A DNA stretch of 32,000 bases from Promethearchaeum syntrophicum (GTDB lineage Archaea; Asgardarchaeota; Lokiarchaeia; Sigyniarchaeales; Promethearchaeaceae), in the NCBI RefSeq assembly GCF_008000775.2, contig NZ_CP042905.2, positions 2,790,001 through 2,822,000 on the forward strand, in the 5' to 3' direction. Positions 8,380-16,759 of the stretch are shown piece after piece. A program made the translations under genes and the position numbers. Every line of letters begins with the position of its first letter. The first letter of the stretch is position 1. The notes under the pieces are model-generated. The model did not search any database, had not been told where the DNA came from, and saw only the letters and a list, made by a program, of their open reading frames with translations.

Positions 8380-8402
8380 ATCATAATTAAGAGGGGATGA
8401 AG

Positions 8403-8507
8403 ATGAAATTGAATAATGTTACAGAATTAATAGAATTAGGTGAAAACGAGACTATTTTGGGAGTCTTTCAGGATAAGCATTCAAATTTTTTGGCCAACAA
8501 AAAATAA
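8403..8507 (+). CDS. Possible 34-aa small ORF (MKLNNVTELIELGENETILGVFQDKHSNFLANKK)
   Basis: GAGGGG at 8391-8396 lies 6 nt upstream of ATG 8403; an in-frame ATG at 8397 is also possible. It is below the ORF-track length cutoff, has no recognisable domain, and could be a gene remnant. Confidence 0.25.
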   Translation: MKLNNVTELIELGENETILGVFQDKHSNFLANKK

Positions 8508-8698
8508 TTTGGGTATATGAGTAGAATTCTTAATTTCAAGAGCTTTAGGAATTGCTTAAATTTATATGGAATAAATAGTATAATGAATATAGTACGTTTG
8601 AAGGTCTAGATGCTCATGATGAAAACAAATCCCGCTTCTTTGTTTGTAAAAGTTTTCGTACAGTCATCTTTAGAAGAAATAACCTGGCCTTGGCATCT

Positions 8699-8756
8699 GC
8701 TCTAGTTAGCATCAATGAAATTTTTAATTATTTGCTATCTAGAGCGTTCGGTTTTT
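8699..8756 (+). other. 13-bp imperfect inverted repeat (hairpin) followed by T5
   Basis: GCTCTAGTTAGCA (8699-8711) pairs with TGCTATCTAGAGC (8733-8745) at 12 of 13 positions, with one T-T mismatch. The loop is 21 nt, and TTTTT follows at 8752-8756. It lies in a locally GC-richer patch of an AT-rich spacer. Confidence 0.35.
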
Positions 8757-8934
8757 AATATTAAATTTATTTCAAATTCAAATTTAGTATTTCATGTATC
8801 AGATTCATAATAAATAATTGAATCATGAAATTTATTGCATTCCCATCAGTGGACTTTGAGATTTTAATCACATAATTTTTTTTCCAAATAATACAAAAAA
8901 CAATTACCAAAAAAGAAATAATGAAGTGAAAAAA

Positions 8935-10380
8935 ATGGTTATCGATGTTAAAAAAGAACAACCCCGTTTAGATCAAGCCATTCAACCGATGAGCAGATTA
9001 AATAACAAAATAATGCTTCCGTTGAATAAAATACCGAAACAATGGATGAATATCGCTCCATTTCTCCCAGAAAAACCCTATCCATGCTTACTTCCAAATG
9101 GAATGCCTGCAACTCCAGACATCATGAATCAAATTTTCCCTACTGAATGCGTTAAACAAGCTATGTCAGCAGAAGAATTTATTGATATTCCAAGAGAGGT
9201 TAGAGAAGCGTTTGCATTATGTAACAGACCCACCCCATTGGTACGAGCATTTAGATTGGAGAAGGCTTTAGGTCTCGATAGTGATAGAATAAAAATTTTC
9301 TATAAAGGCGAATACGTGAGTCCAACGGGAAGTCATAAAGGAAATACTGCGATTGCCCAAGCATTTTATGCTAAAAAAGACAAAATAAAAGGTTTAACAA
9401 CCGAAACTGGAGCAGGTCAATGGGGTAGCGCATTATCCATGGCGGGAACAATGATGGATTTAGAGGTCAAAATATTCCAAGTTCGCGCCTCCTATTATGA
9501 TAAACCTGGAAGAAGAGTCCTAATGAATAATTTTGGTGCGGATTTAGTTCCATCCCCATCAGATCAAACAGAAGTTGGTAAAGCATTCTATAATAAAAAT
9601 CCAAATCATCCGGGAAGTCTAGGAATTGCAATTAGTGAAGCGTTGGAACTTGCGATGAAAACTCCAGAGTATAAGTATTCTTTGGGATCTGTTTTAGATT
9701 TTGTATGTTTGCATCAAACAGTTATTGGTCTTGAAGCCAAAGAACAGATGTCAATTGCAGGAGAATATCCTGATGTCGTAATTGGATGTGTTGGAGGGGG
9801 AAGCAATTTTAGTGGATTAGCTTTTCCTTTTCTGAAAGATAAATTGCAAGGAATAAAAACTGAGACAAAATTCATAGGAGCAGAACCAACTGCCTGTCCA
9901 TCTATTACCAAAGGAAAATACGCATGGGATTTTGGAGATTCTGCAAAAATAGCACCGATTGCTAAGATGTTTACTTTAGGACATACGTTTATTCCACCTG
10001 CAGTTCATGCCGGAGGTTTACGCTATCATGGTGCAGCCCCACTTTTATCGATGCTCGCCAATCACGATTTAGTTTCATCTGAAATGTTCCACCAAACGAA
10101 AGCAATTAAAACTGGAATGCTATTTTCTCGAACTGAAGGCATCTTACCAGCTGTAGAAACTTGTCATGCAATCGCGTCAGCCATTGATAAAGCATTGGAG
10201 GCAAAAGACGAAGGAAAAAAATGCACTATTTTATTTAATTTCTCAGGACATGGCCATTTTGATACACATGCCTATAAAGCGCTTCAAGATAAGAAATTGA
10301 TTGATTTTGAATATCCAAATGAAGCAATTGAAGCAGCATTAAAGAATTTACCTGCTGTGGATGAATCGAAATTTATGTAA
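8935..10380 (+). CDS. trpB2: TrpB2-type tryptophan synthase beta-like PLP enzyme (COG1350-like)
   Basis: PLP-lysine motif TGSHKGNTAIAQAFYAKK, plus TETGAGQWGSALSMAG, GCVGGGSNFSG and the long N-terminal extension typical of TrpB2. No other trp genes are adjacent. ATG 8935 is used here; a GTG at 8926 is an alternative. Confidence 0.85.
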   Translation: MVIDVKKEQPRLDQAIQPMSRLNNKIMLPLNKIPKQWMNIAPFLPEKPYPCLLPNGMPATPDIMNQIFPTECVKQAMSAEEFIDIPREVREAFALCNRPTPLVRAFRLEKALGLDSDRIKIFYKGEYVSPTGSHKGNTAIAQAFYAKKDKIKGLTTETGAGQWGSALSMAGTMMDLEVKIFQVRASYYDKPGRRVLMNNFGADLVPSPSDQTEVGKAFYNKNPNHPGSLGIAISEALELAMKTPEYKYSLGSVLDFVCLHQTVIGLEAKEQMSIAGEYPDVVIGCVGGGSNFSGLAFPFLKDKLQGIKTETKFIGAEPTACPSITKGKYAWDFGDSAKIAPIAKMFTLGHTFIPPAVHAGGLRYHGAAPLLSMLANHDLVSSEMFHQTKAIKTGMLFSRTEGILPAVETCHAIASAIDKALEAKDEGKKCTILFNFSGHGHFDTHAYKALQDKKLIDFEYPNEAIEAALKNLPAVDESKFM

Positions 10381-10390
10381 TCTAAATAAA

Positions 10391-10398
10391 TTTTTTTT
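10391..10398 (+). terminator. Oligo-T (T8) terminator after trpB2
   Basis: TTTTTTTT begins 11 nt after the stop codon. Confidence 0.45.
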
Positions 10399-10485
10399 AT
10401 TCCTTTTTCTTTCTGATTCAAAGAGTCCTTTAAAAAAATCAATAAAAGTTAATTCATTTCACGGTTTTTAGACTTAAGAATAATC

Positions 10486-11016
10486 CTACATAAAAGGCTC
10501 AATATCAACAGGTAATCCTACTCTCATAAAAAAACGTGCAAAAGCTTGCGAGAGATGTTCCTTGTAAGGTGAGAGTAGCCTTAGTCTTTCTTCTTGCTTT
10601 TTGGAATATTCAATTAAATAATTTAAGGGGACACTAAATACATCCCGGAAATCTACAATTATATAATCTAATTCAAAATTTTCTAAAGTACATTTAGTTA
10701 ATAGGTGGTAATTTGGCTGATTTCCTTTCCTGAGTTTTTCTTTATTCCTATTAGAGTGGAACCAAGGATTCTCTGATTCAATTTCAGATAGAGACCAAAA
10801 AGGACATACTAAAACATTTTCTAACTTTTTATTAATTATATCACAAGATTGACTCATTATGATAACATCATATTCTGAATAATTAGCTGTTATAATTTCT
10901 TTTTTTGTATCATGGAAAGGTTGCAAAATAGGGCATGAAAATACAAAATCACCTTGACTTAATCCATCTTTACTTTTTACTATATAATACCACGGATATT
11001 CAATTAGATCTTTCAT
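10486..11016 (-). CDS. Unknown 176-aa protein, putative toxin partner of the upstream RHH gene (MazF/CcdB-like motif order, unassigned family)
   Basis: Motif order is GD (aa 22-23), DVIIMSQSCDI (aa 50-60), VLVCPF (68-73), IIVDFRDVFSVPLNYL, then a helical tail SPYKEHLSQAFARFFMRVGLP. GAAGGT lies 8 nt upstream of the ATG. Only 29 nt separate it from the RHH gene's stop. Confidence 0.55.
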   Translation of the reverse strand: MKDLIEYPWYYIVKSKDGLSQGDFVFSCPILQPFHDTKKEIITANYSEYDVIIMSQSCDIINKKLENVLVCPFWSLSEIESENPWFHSNRNKEKLRKGNQPNYHLLTKCTLENFELDYIIVDFRDVFSVPLNYLIEYSKKQEERLRLLSPYKEHLSQAFARFFMRVGLPVDIEPFM

Positions 11017-11045
11017 TTTTTATACCTTCGTTAAATTTTCAGAGA

Positions 11046-11312
11046 TTAATCACTCCACTCTTCAGGATATAATCGTATTTTCGGTTTTTTTCTTGAGATT
11101 ATTTTAACTTGGACTAGTTCTTTCTTAGGTTTTGGGGATCTTGGTTGTGAAGAAAATATTTTATCCATGAAATTAGGATCCTTAGTGGCTTTTTCCACAA
11201 TTTTATCCAAAAGTTCAGATTGGTTAACTTTGTAATTATGATCAAGTAATAACTCTGCTTGGGTCTTTTCAATTCGTTCTTTTGTTTTTTTACTAACTTT
11301 AATTGATTGCAT
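11046..11312 (-). CDS. Ribbon-helix-helix (CopG-like) DNA-binding protein, putative antitoxin
   Basis: MQSIKVSKKTKERIEKTQAELLLDHNYKVNQSELLDKIVEKA has a strand-helix-helix layout and is followed by a basic, Pro/Lys-rich tail. GAGGGG lies 5 nt upstream of the ATG. Confidence 0.6.
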   Translation of the reverse strand: MQSIKVSKKTKERIEKTQAELLLDHNYKVNQSELLDKIVEKATKDPNFMDKIFSSQPRSPKPKKELVQVKIISRKKPKIRLYPEEWSD

Positions 11313-11323
11313 ATATTCCCCTC

Positions 11324-11338
11324 AGTAGAATAGTAGAA
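11324..11338 (-). promoter_or_regulatory. Tandem direct repeat TTCTACT-A-TTCTACT between the TATA-like box and the RBS of the RHH gene (candidate operator)
   Basis: The plus strand reads AGTAGAATAGTAGAA. On the minus strand a TATA-like ATATATATAA (about 11347-11357) lies upstream and GAGGGG downstream. Confidence 0.35.
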
Positions 11339-11409
11339 CTTTCCACTTATATATATTTCGTTTTTTTTTGAAATAAAAAATCTCATTGAATTTTTATCTT
11401 TTCTTTCTT

Positions 11410-12006
11410 TCAGGGTTTCCAATTCTGAATTTTTTGAAATAACTCTTTTAGCAATTTTTCACGCTGAGGGTTAACAAAACCCATACTAATTTCTTCAGAA
11501 AGATCCAAATATTTCTTTAAAAGGTATTCAAAACCTGCATTATCTCTGCTGAGTCGTTCACGTTCCAAAATAGACACAAAAATATCATAGATTTGATCGA
11601 CCTGCTCATCTTTAACATAGCTTTTAAAGGTTGATTCTACTTCATACAAATCAGGTGCAACAGAATATCGGTCAGTTTCTAACCAAAACCCGAAACCTAT
11701 TCTACTATTTCTGTGATCTGATACATAAAACTCATATTTTAATTTGTCAGAGAAATGCAAATAAACTGAACCGTTTCCTTTGAAAGAGATGAGGATCTCA
11801 TCAAAAAACTCGATTGGTTGCGAATTTATTATTTTCCATACATCTTTATAATGTTTCTCGATAAATCTGATTTTTTTTCGCCGGATAATAGTACTATCTT
11901 CAGGGATCGGGGAGGGATATACAATTGTTGTCCCTTTTATTTCCTCTGTCTTCGATTCCAAATTTTGTGCATCTTTATCTTGTTTCTTAATGTATGTTTT
12001 TTTCAT
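11410..12006 (-). CDS. Hypothetical 198-aa protein, no recognisable motifs
   Basis: Clean ORF in the same orientation as the RHH/176-aa pair, 97 nt upstream of it. A T6 run on the minus strand (11375-11380) follows its stop. Confidence 0.5.
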   Translation of the reverse strand: MKKTYIKKQDKDAQNLESKTEEIKGTTIVYPSPIPEDSTIIRRKKIRFIEKHYKDVWKIINSQPIEFFDEILISFKGNGSVYLHFSDKLKYEFYVSDHRNSRIGFGFWLETDRYSVAPDLYEVESTFKSYVKDEQVDQIYDIFVSILERERLSRDNAGFEYLLKKYLDLSEEISMGFVNPQREKLLKELFQKIQNWKP

Positions 12007-12504
12007 GTTAATTCATTTCTTACTACGAAGATCTTCATAATCATACCAAGTATATTTTAATTGTGCTTAGCTGATAAAATATTCATTTTCGAATATATAA
12101 ATTAATGGATAATAACGAGTTTATATTCGTTTTCTTTTTTAATCAAAATTCTCGCGATCAAAAGGGTGGCCCTTATATCTTTCGGTAACTATTTTTTTTA
12201 GTTTACATATAATTATCTTGATAAAATTTCAATATAGACTGGATTACTTCTGAATTTGAATAATTTGAAATGAGAAATCTTATAATTTTAATTTAAAACC
12301 TCGGAATAGAAATTTAATTAAAGATTTTTTTTGTTAGAATTTTTCCAACACGACATTAAAGAAGTTTCCAATTGTGTTATTAGCTCATTAACATATTGTC
12401 GAAAAAAAAAATTTTTTAGGTTTCAATCTTCCAATAGGACTTCTCTCCCTTGAGAATTTTGAGAAGAATTTTAACTAATCAAGGACTTCTATTTTCTATA
12501 AAAT

Positions 12505-13725
12505 ATGAGTGAAAATTCGCAACCAATCTCAATTGAAACGAAATTATCCTTTAAAACAATCAGAAAAAACATATTGTTGATGTTTTTTATCAGTTTTATT
12601 TCTGCTTTGGAATTTTTCGGACCAATTTTTACTTTGTATCTGGAAGAAAAACTAGATTCAGGGATTTTAATTTCGGCAATTTTTGTTGGGGGAGCCTTGA
12701 CGATTGTGATCCTTGAAGGGCCTAGCGGAGCTTTTGGAGATCTGTTAGGACGAAAAAAAGCACTGATTATTGCAGCCTTTGGACATGTTCTCGCATTGCT
12801 ATTCTTAATTGTTGGAGGTAGCGTTTTCTGGTTGTTATTTTTCAAGATTATCGAATCGATAGCGTTAAGTTTATGGTCAGGTATTGACATTGCACTAATT
12901 TATGATACTTTGCTACATAAACCCAAAGAAGGAAAAGTTTCATTCAAAAAAATCATTGGAATATATAACATGCTTTGGCCATCTGGGGCTATCTTAGGCG
13001 CGTTAGTAGGTGGTATACTTGCAGAAAAATCATTACTTCTACCTTTTATATATACCTTGATACCGTGGGGAATTTGCACTGGTTTAGCATTGGGTTTAAC
13101 CGAACCACCTTACGAAAAGCCAGTGCATCAATCATTCCTATTTCAAATGAAGAATTCTGCGAAAACGATATTTAAAAATCGAGATTTAATTCTATTGATT
13201 CTTACTGGTTTTTTAGCGTTTGCAACCTTAGAAGTTCCATTTCAGTTTCGTTCCATTTTTTTTGATGCACGGGGAATTTCTCCAACTTATTTAGGGATTC
13301 TTTCAGCTTTGTCCTATGTGTTTAGTTTGTTAGGAAGTTTTTTTTCCGATGGCATCAGTTCACGGATTGGGGATAAGCTTACATTAATTCTCTCCCAAGC
13401 TCTTCATGGACTCTTTATTTTGATTGTTACTTTTATTACAAATCCCTACATATTTATTGGTATTTATGTGTTTAGTTCTTTTTTTTGGGGAGTTCGATGG
13501 CCCGTTCTATCGTATGAAATTAATAAGAGGATAAAATCTAGTGAACGTGCGACAATAAATTCCTTTTTTAATCTCGGAAAAGAAGCAGCCTTGGTTATTT
13601 TCATGCCAATTTTTGGAGGAATTATGGATATTGCAGACATTACAATTGCATTTCAGATTTTTACAATCTTACAATTCGGGGCAGCATTTTTATTAGTGAG
13701 ATTATCAAAAATAAATGATTCGTAA
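12505..13725 (+). CDS. MFS transporter
   Basis: 406 aa with about 12 hydrophobic helices and a motif-A-like GAFGDLLGRKKALII between TM2 and TM3. Confidence 0.8.
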   Translation: MSENSQPISIETKLSFKTIRKNILLMFFISFISALEFFGPIFTLYLEEKLDSGILISAIFVGGALTIVILEGPSGAFGDLLGRKKALIIAAFGHVLALLFLIVGGSVFWLLFFKIIESIALSLWSGIDIALIYDTLLHKPKEGKVSFKKIIGIYNMLWPSGAILGALVGGILAEKSLLLPFIYTLIPWGICTGLALGLTEPPYEKPVHQSFLFQMKNSAKTIFKNRDLILLILTGFLAFATLEVPFQFRSIFFDARGISPTYLGILSALSYVFSLLGSFFSDGISSRIGDKLTLILSQALHGLFILIVTFITNPYIFIGIYVFSSFFWGVRWPVLSYEINKRIKSSERATINSFFNLGKEAALVIFMPIFGGIMDIADITIAFQIFTILQFGAAFLLVRLSKINDS

Positions 13726-13743
13726 TTAAGTCTCCCAGTTATG

Positions 13744-14499
13744 TTATAAGAAGCGCGATAAAGATCTGCGTGAATAATATCGACAGAATTTTCTACAAAA
13801 GCATTTATTACAGATAGGAGAGTTTGCTTTACATAGAACGGCGCCAAAATCCATTATTCCTTGGTTAAATTCCCAATACTTTTCATCAGGTAATAGTTGA
13901 TCTGCTAGAAACCAATATATTTTTGATAATTCAGATGGACTTTGAATATGAATATCTTGCAAAAAAATTCGTCTATATACTCGTTCCACGTTTGTATCTA
14001 CTAAAGGCGCGCGAATATTAAGTGCAAAAGTCATAACTGCGCCTGTAGTATACTCTCCGATTCCAGGAAGAGCAAGAATTTCCGATTTAGTAGATGGAAA
14101 CATACCGTCATAGTCATTCATTATGATTTTGGCAATTTTTTGAAGATTTCGGGCACGATTATAATAACCTAATCCTTTCCATAACTCTATCACCGTATCT
14201 TCTGAAATCTCTTCAAGCGTCGCAAAATCAGGAATTTGATCCAAGAATTGATGATAATATTCAATAACTCGGTCAACTTGGGTCTGTTGTAACATTATTT
14301 CTGAAAGTAGAATTTTATATGGATCGCGCGTTTGTCGCCATGGGAGATCTCGTCCATGATGTTTAAACCACTCGATGAGATTCTTACTAAAATAATCTTG
14401 AATTAGTCTAAATTCATCTCTGTTTCCAAATAAATTCCATTTTTTTATAGATTTTAAATTTGAAGGAACTGGATGGAGTTTCAATGAATCCATTTTCAC
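13744..14499 (-). CDS. mutY: MutY-like A/G-specific adenine glycosylase (HhH-GPD plus Fe-S cluster loop, no NUDIX-like C-domain)
   Basis: LPWRQTRDPYKILLSEIMLQQTQV, HhH LPGIGEYTTGAVM, VDTNVERV, and C-x6-C-x2-C-x5-C (CKANSPICNKCFCRKFC). At 251 aa it is only the catalytic core. Confidence 0.85.
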   Translation of the reverse strand: MKMDSLKLHPVPSNLKSIKKWNLFGNRDEFRLIQDYFSKNLIEWFKHHGRDLPWRQTRDPYKILLSEIMLQQTQVDRVIEYYHQFLDQIPDFATLEEISEDTVIELWKGLGYYNRARNLQKIAKIIMNDYDGMFPSTKSEILALPGIGEYTTGAVMTFALNIRAPLVDTNVERVYRRIFLQDIHIQSPSELSKIYWFLADQLLPDEKYWEFNQGIMDFGAVLCKANSPICNKCFCRKFCRYYSRRSLSRFL

Positions 14500-14587
14500 T
14501 TGAATTAAACTAAATAATTAAAAAAGTTTTCTGATTAAACTACTAAACTTATTCAACTAAAGGCGTTAAAAAGAACTCAAATCGAGT

Positions 14588-14974
14588 TTATTCAATATTT
14601 TGTTTCATCTGGGAGTAAATTATAAATACTATTCCCGGAATCAAGAAGGGGATGCAAAATATTGAACCCATGGTTAATTTGAGACTACCTGCATCATATA
14701 TTACATAAGCCCCCATACATAGGCTTAGGGTAGTCATAGCAATTCCTCCAATTAATTCCCCTCTTTTTTTTGGAAACCAGGTAATAATATAGGAGATCAA
14801 CTGTAGTGGAATCATAATTACCATAGGTAAAACTTCGAGAAAATCCCCACTATTTGTATCTGTAGAGTTCTCCTCAAGAATCGATCCAATAGCTACAAAT
14901 AGAAGACCGCCGGTAAAAATTAAAACCACGAAACCTCCTAAAATTCTCCCAAACCAAAGTAAAATTTTTGACAT
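14588..14974 (-). CDS. Small 4-TM membrane protein, unknown function
   Basis: 128 aa with four hydrophobic segments and no competing ORF. Confidence 0.5.
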   Translation of the reverse strand: MSKILLWFGRILGGFVVLIFTGGLLFVAIGSILEENSTDTNSGDFLEVLPMVIMIPLQLISYIITWFPKKRGELIGGIAMTTLSLCMGAYVIYDAGSLKLTMGSIFCIPFLIPGIVFIIYSQMKQNIE

Positions 14975-15046
14975 GTTCCAATCCTAATTGGGTGTTTTTC
15001 TATTTAAAATTTTTCTGGAATAATTTAAGTTTTAGAATTTCCTTCC

Positions 15047-15940
15047 TCATAATTTTTTTTCGAATAAAACGACACCTGATGGTTTTCCTTCAACATATGA
15101 AAACCCGAGTTTTTGAATTGGTTGAGAAAGTGCTTTTGGACAAAAAACTCGAATAGATAATTTGTTGAAATCTTGTTTTCTATTTCTTTCTTGAATTAAT
15201 ACTTTTTGAAGAAGAATAGTTGCTTTTGAAACATTTCCATATATAATGAACCAAATTTCATCAGTTAACGGGTTTTCTCCTTCTAATGAAGCTTCTGATC
15301 CTATTTTTAAAATCAGTGCTGCATCATTTCTTATCCATGTGCCTTCTATCTTAGAAACTTGCTGCAAATTAAAAGGTTTATATGACCACCCTGCACTAAT
15401 TTCAGTTACAGGACCATTGGGGATTTCTTCTAAAAATTCAAAAGCTTCTTCTGGAGATACCTCAATAAATGGAGATGATTTGAAATTATCCAGAGAAATC
15501 TTACTTAATTCCCCTTCAAGTAACTCCATATAATCTTTTTGATAGTATCCCAAGGATTTTGCGAGACCAACAGATCCACTATTTTGAGTAAATGTATCAT
15601 ATTGGATATACTTGTATTTCATATTTTTTGCATAATTAATACAATATTGTGTTAAAATTTTACCGATTCCCTTTCGTTGATATTCTTCGGCAACTCTACC
15701 ACCTTCCATCCAGGCATATTCTTCAGATATATATTTAACACTACCCAATGCAATCAGATGAGATTTTTCTGCATCGATAAAGGCTCCAAAAGTAAATCTT
15801 TTTTCTTCTAAAATCCAAGATTTGATTATTTTAGGTAAATAATCTTCAGATATATCATTTTCATCCTTCCAGATGTTTTTACATATATCAAATACGGCAG
15901 GAAGATCATTTAAATTAAGTTCCCGAAAGAAGAGTTGCAT
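15047..15940 (-). CDS. GNAT-family N-acetyltransferase with extra C-terminal domain
   Basis: Acetyl-CoA motif A is RVAEEYQRKGIGKILTQYCINYAK. The 297-aa length implies a second, unassigned C-terminal domain. Confidence 0.75.
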   Translation of the reverse strand: MQLFFRELNLNDLPAVFDICKNIWKDENDISEDYLPKIIKSWILEEKRFTFGAFIDAEKSHLIALGSVKYISEEYAWMEGGRVAEEYQRKGIGKILTQYCINYAKNMKYKYIQYDTFTQNSGSVGLAKSLGYYQKDYMELLEGELSKISLDNFKSSPFIEVSPEEAFEFLEEIPNGPVTEISAGWSYKPFNLQQVSKIEGTWIRNDAALILKIGSEASLEGENPLTDEIWFIIYGNVSKATILLQKVLIQERNRKQDFNKLSIRVFCPKALSQPIQKLGFSYVEGKPSGVVLFEKKL

Positions 15941-16125
15941 ACAATTCTTTAAATTAATATATACTGAATAATTTTTTTTTTAATCTTTGTTTATGTTATT
16001 TTTGAAATATTTTGAAAAAAAAAACAAGTGCAAGTTCACTAATAGTAGGACAAGGTCCCAATTTTTTTCATTAATTACCTTAAATTCATCAGAATCCTCA
16101 TATAGAGGAAAGCCCTTATTTCCCT

Positions 16126-16704
16126 ATGAATTCATTTATTGATAAATCGCTATTTTGGAAAACATTCCCAGAGCTAACTACTCCACGACTGGAATTAAAA
16201 CAAATAACTTCGGATCATGCCCAAGATCTTCTTGCTTTTTGGGGGGAAGATACAGTGACACAATACACAGATTTTGAATCCTTTAAATCTATTAATAAAA
16301 TTCAAGATGTCATCAATTGGATCCAATCCCGTTTTGAAGAAAAGAATGGAATTCGATGGGGAATCTTTTTAAAAACAAATGGAAAAATGATCGGCACTTG
16401 TGGTTTTAATTCCTGGATCACCAAGCGCGGTAATAAATCCGAAATTGGATATGATTTACACCCTAAATATTGGCGTAGAGGTATTATGTATGAAGCTTTA
16501 ACTCACATGATCACCTACGGTTTTCAAACTATGAAACTGCATCGGATTGAAGCTCATGTTGATCCAGACAATATGGGATCACAAAAAATACTGGAAAAAC
16601 TTCAGTTTACAAAAGAAGGTTGTCTCCGGGAAAATGGTTTCTGGAAAGGTCGGTATTGGACAAATATTGTTTTTGGACTATTGGAACCAGAATTTTTTTT
16701 GTGA
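16126..16704 (+). CDS. GNAT acetyltransferase, RimJ/RimL-like
   Basis: RLELKQIT...HPKYWRRGIMYEALTHMITYGF...HRIEAHVDPDNMGSQKILEKLQFTKEG matches the Acetyltransf_3 pattern. Confidence 0.8.
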   Translation: MNSFIDKSLFWKTFPELTTPRLELKQITSDHAQDLLAFWGEDTVTQYTDFESFKSINKIQDVINWIQSRFEEKNGIRWGIFLKTNGKMIGTCGFNSWITKRGNKSEIGYDLHPKYWRRGIMYEALTHMITYGFQTMKLHRIEAHVDPDNMGSQKILEKLQFTKEGCLRENGFWKGRYWTNIVFGLLEPEFFL

Positions 16705-16759
16705 TTCTAATTATCTACGATCGGAAAAATTCTTATTTTAAATTACGTGAGGAATAACT

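Larger units (their letters stand above)
7205..8380 (+). repeat. Tandem duplication (period 663 bp) of a promoter plus small membrane-protein gene
   Basis: 7221-7290 and 7884-7953 are nearly identical: AAATTATATACATT(A/G)TAGCATGGAATCTAATAATTTTGGTAGTACTTATAC(G/A)ATGGATGATATTAA. The 3' ends TGGTCAGAATTTTTTGATG(T/C)GATTTTTTAA (7663-7692 and 8326-8355) are also nearly identical. The interiors are clearly diverged. Confidence 0.85.

Noticed and set aside
8616-8700. Possible C/D-box sRNA suggested by ATGATGA (C-box-like) at 8616-8622.
   Set aside because: There is no CTGA D or D' box at the expected spacing, and no terminal stem pairing the ends.
11114-11422. 102-aa minus-strand ORF overlapping the RHH gene and its promoter.
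   Set aside because: It is out of frame with, and largely contained within, the RHH gene, which has a strong GAGGGG RBS and a clear RHH pattern. Its own sequence is basic low-complexity.
12105-12188. 27-aa ORF (MDNNEFIFVFFFNQNSRDQKGGPYIFR) in the long spacer.
   Set aside because: It has no RBS, a TATA-like sequence sits too close to the ATG to serve it, and the composition looks like a random AT-rich frame.
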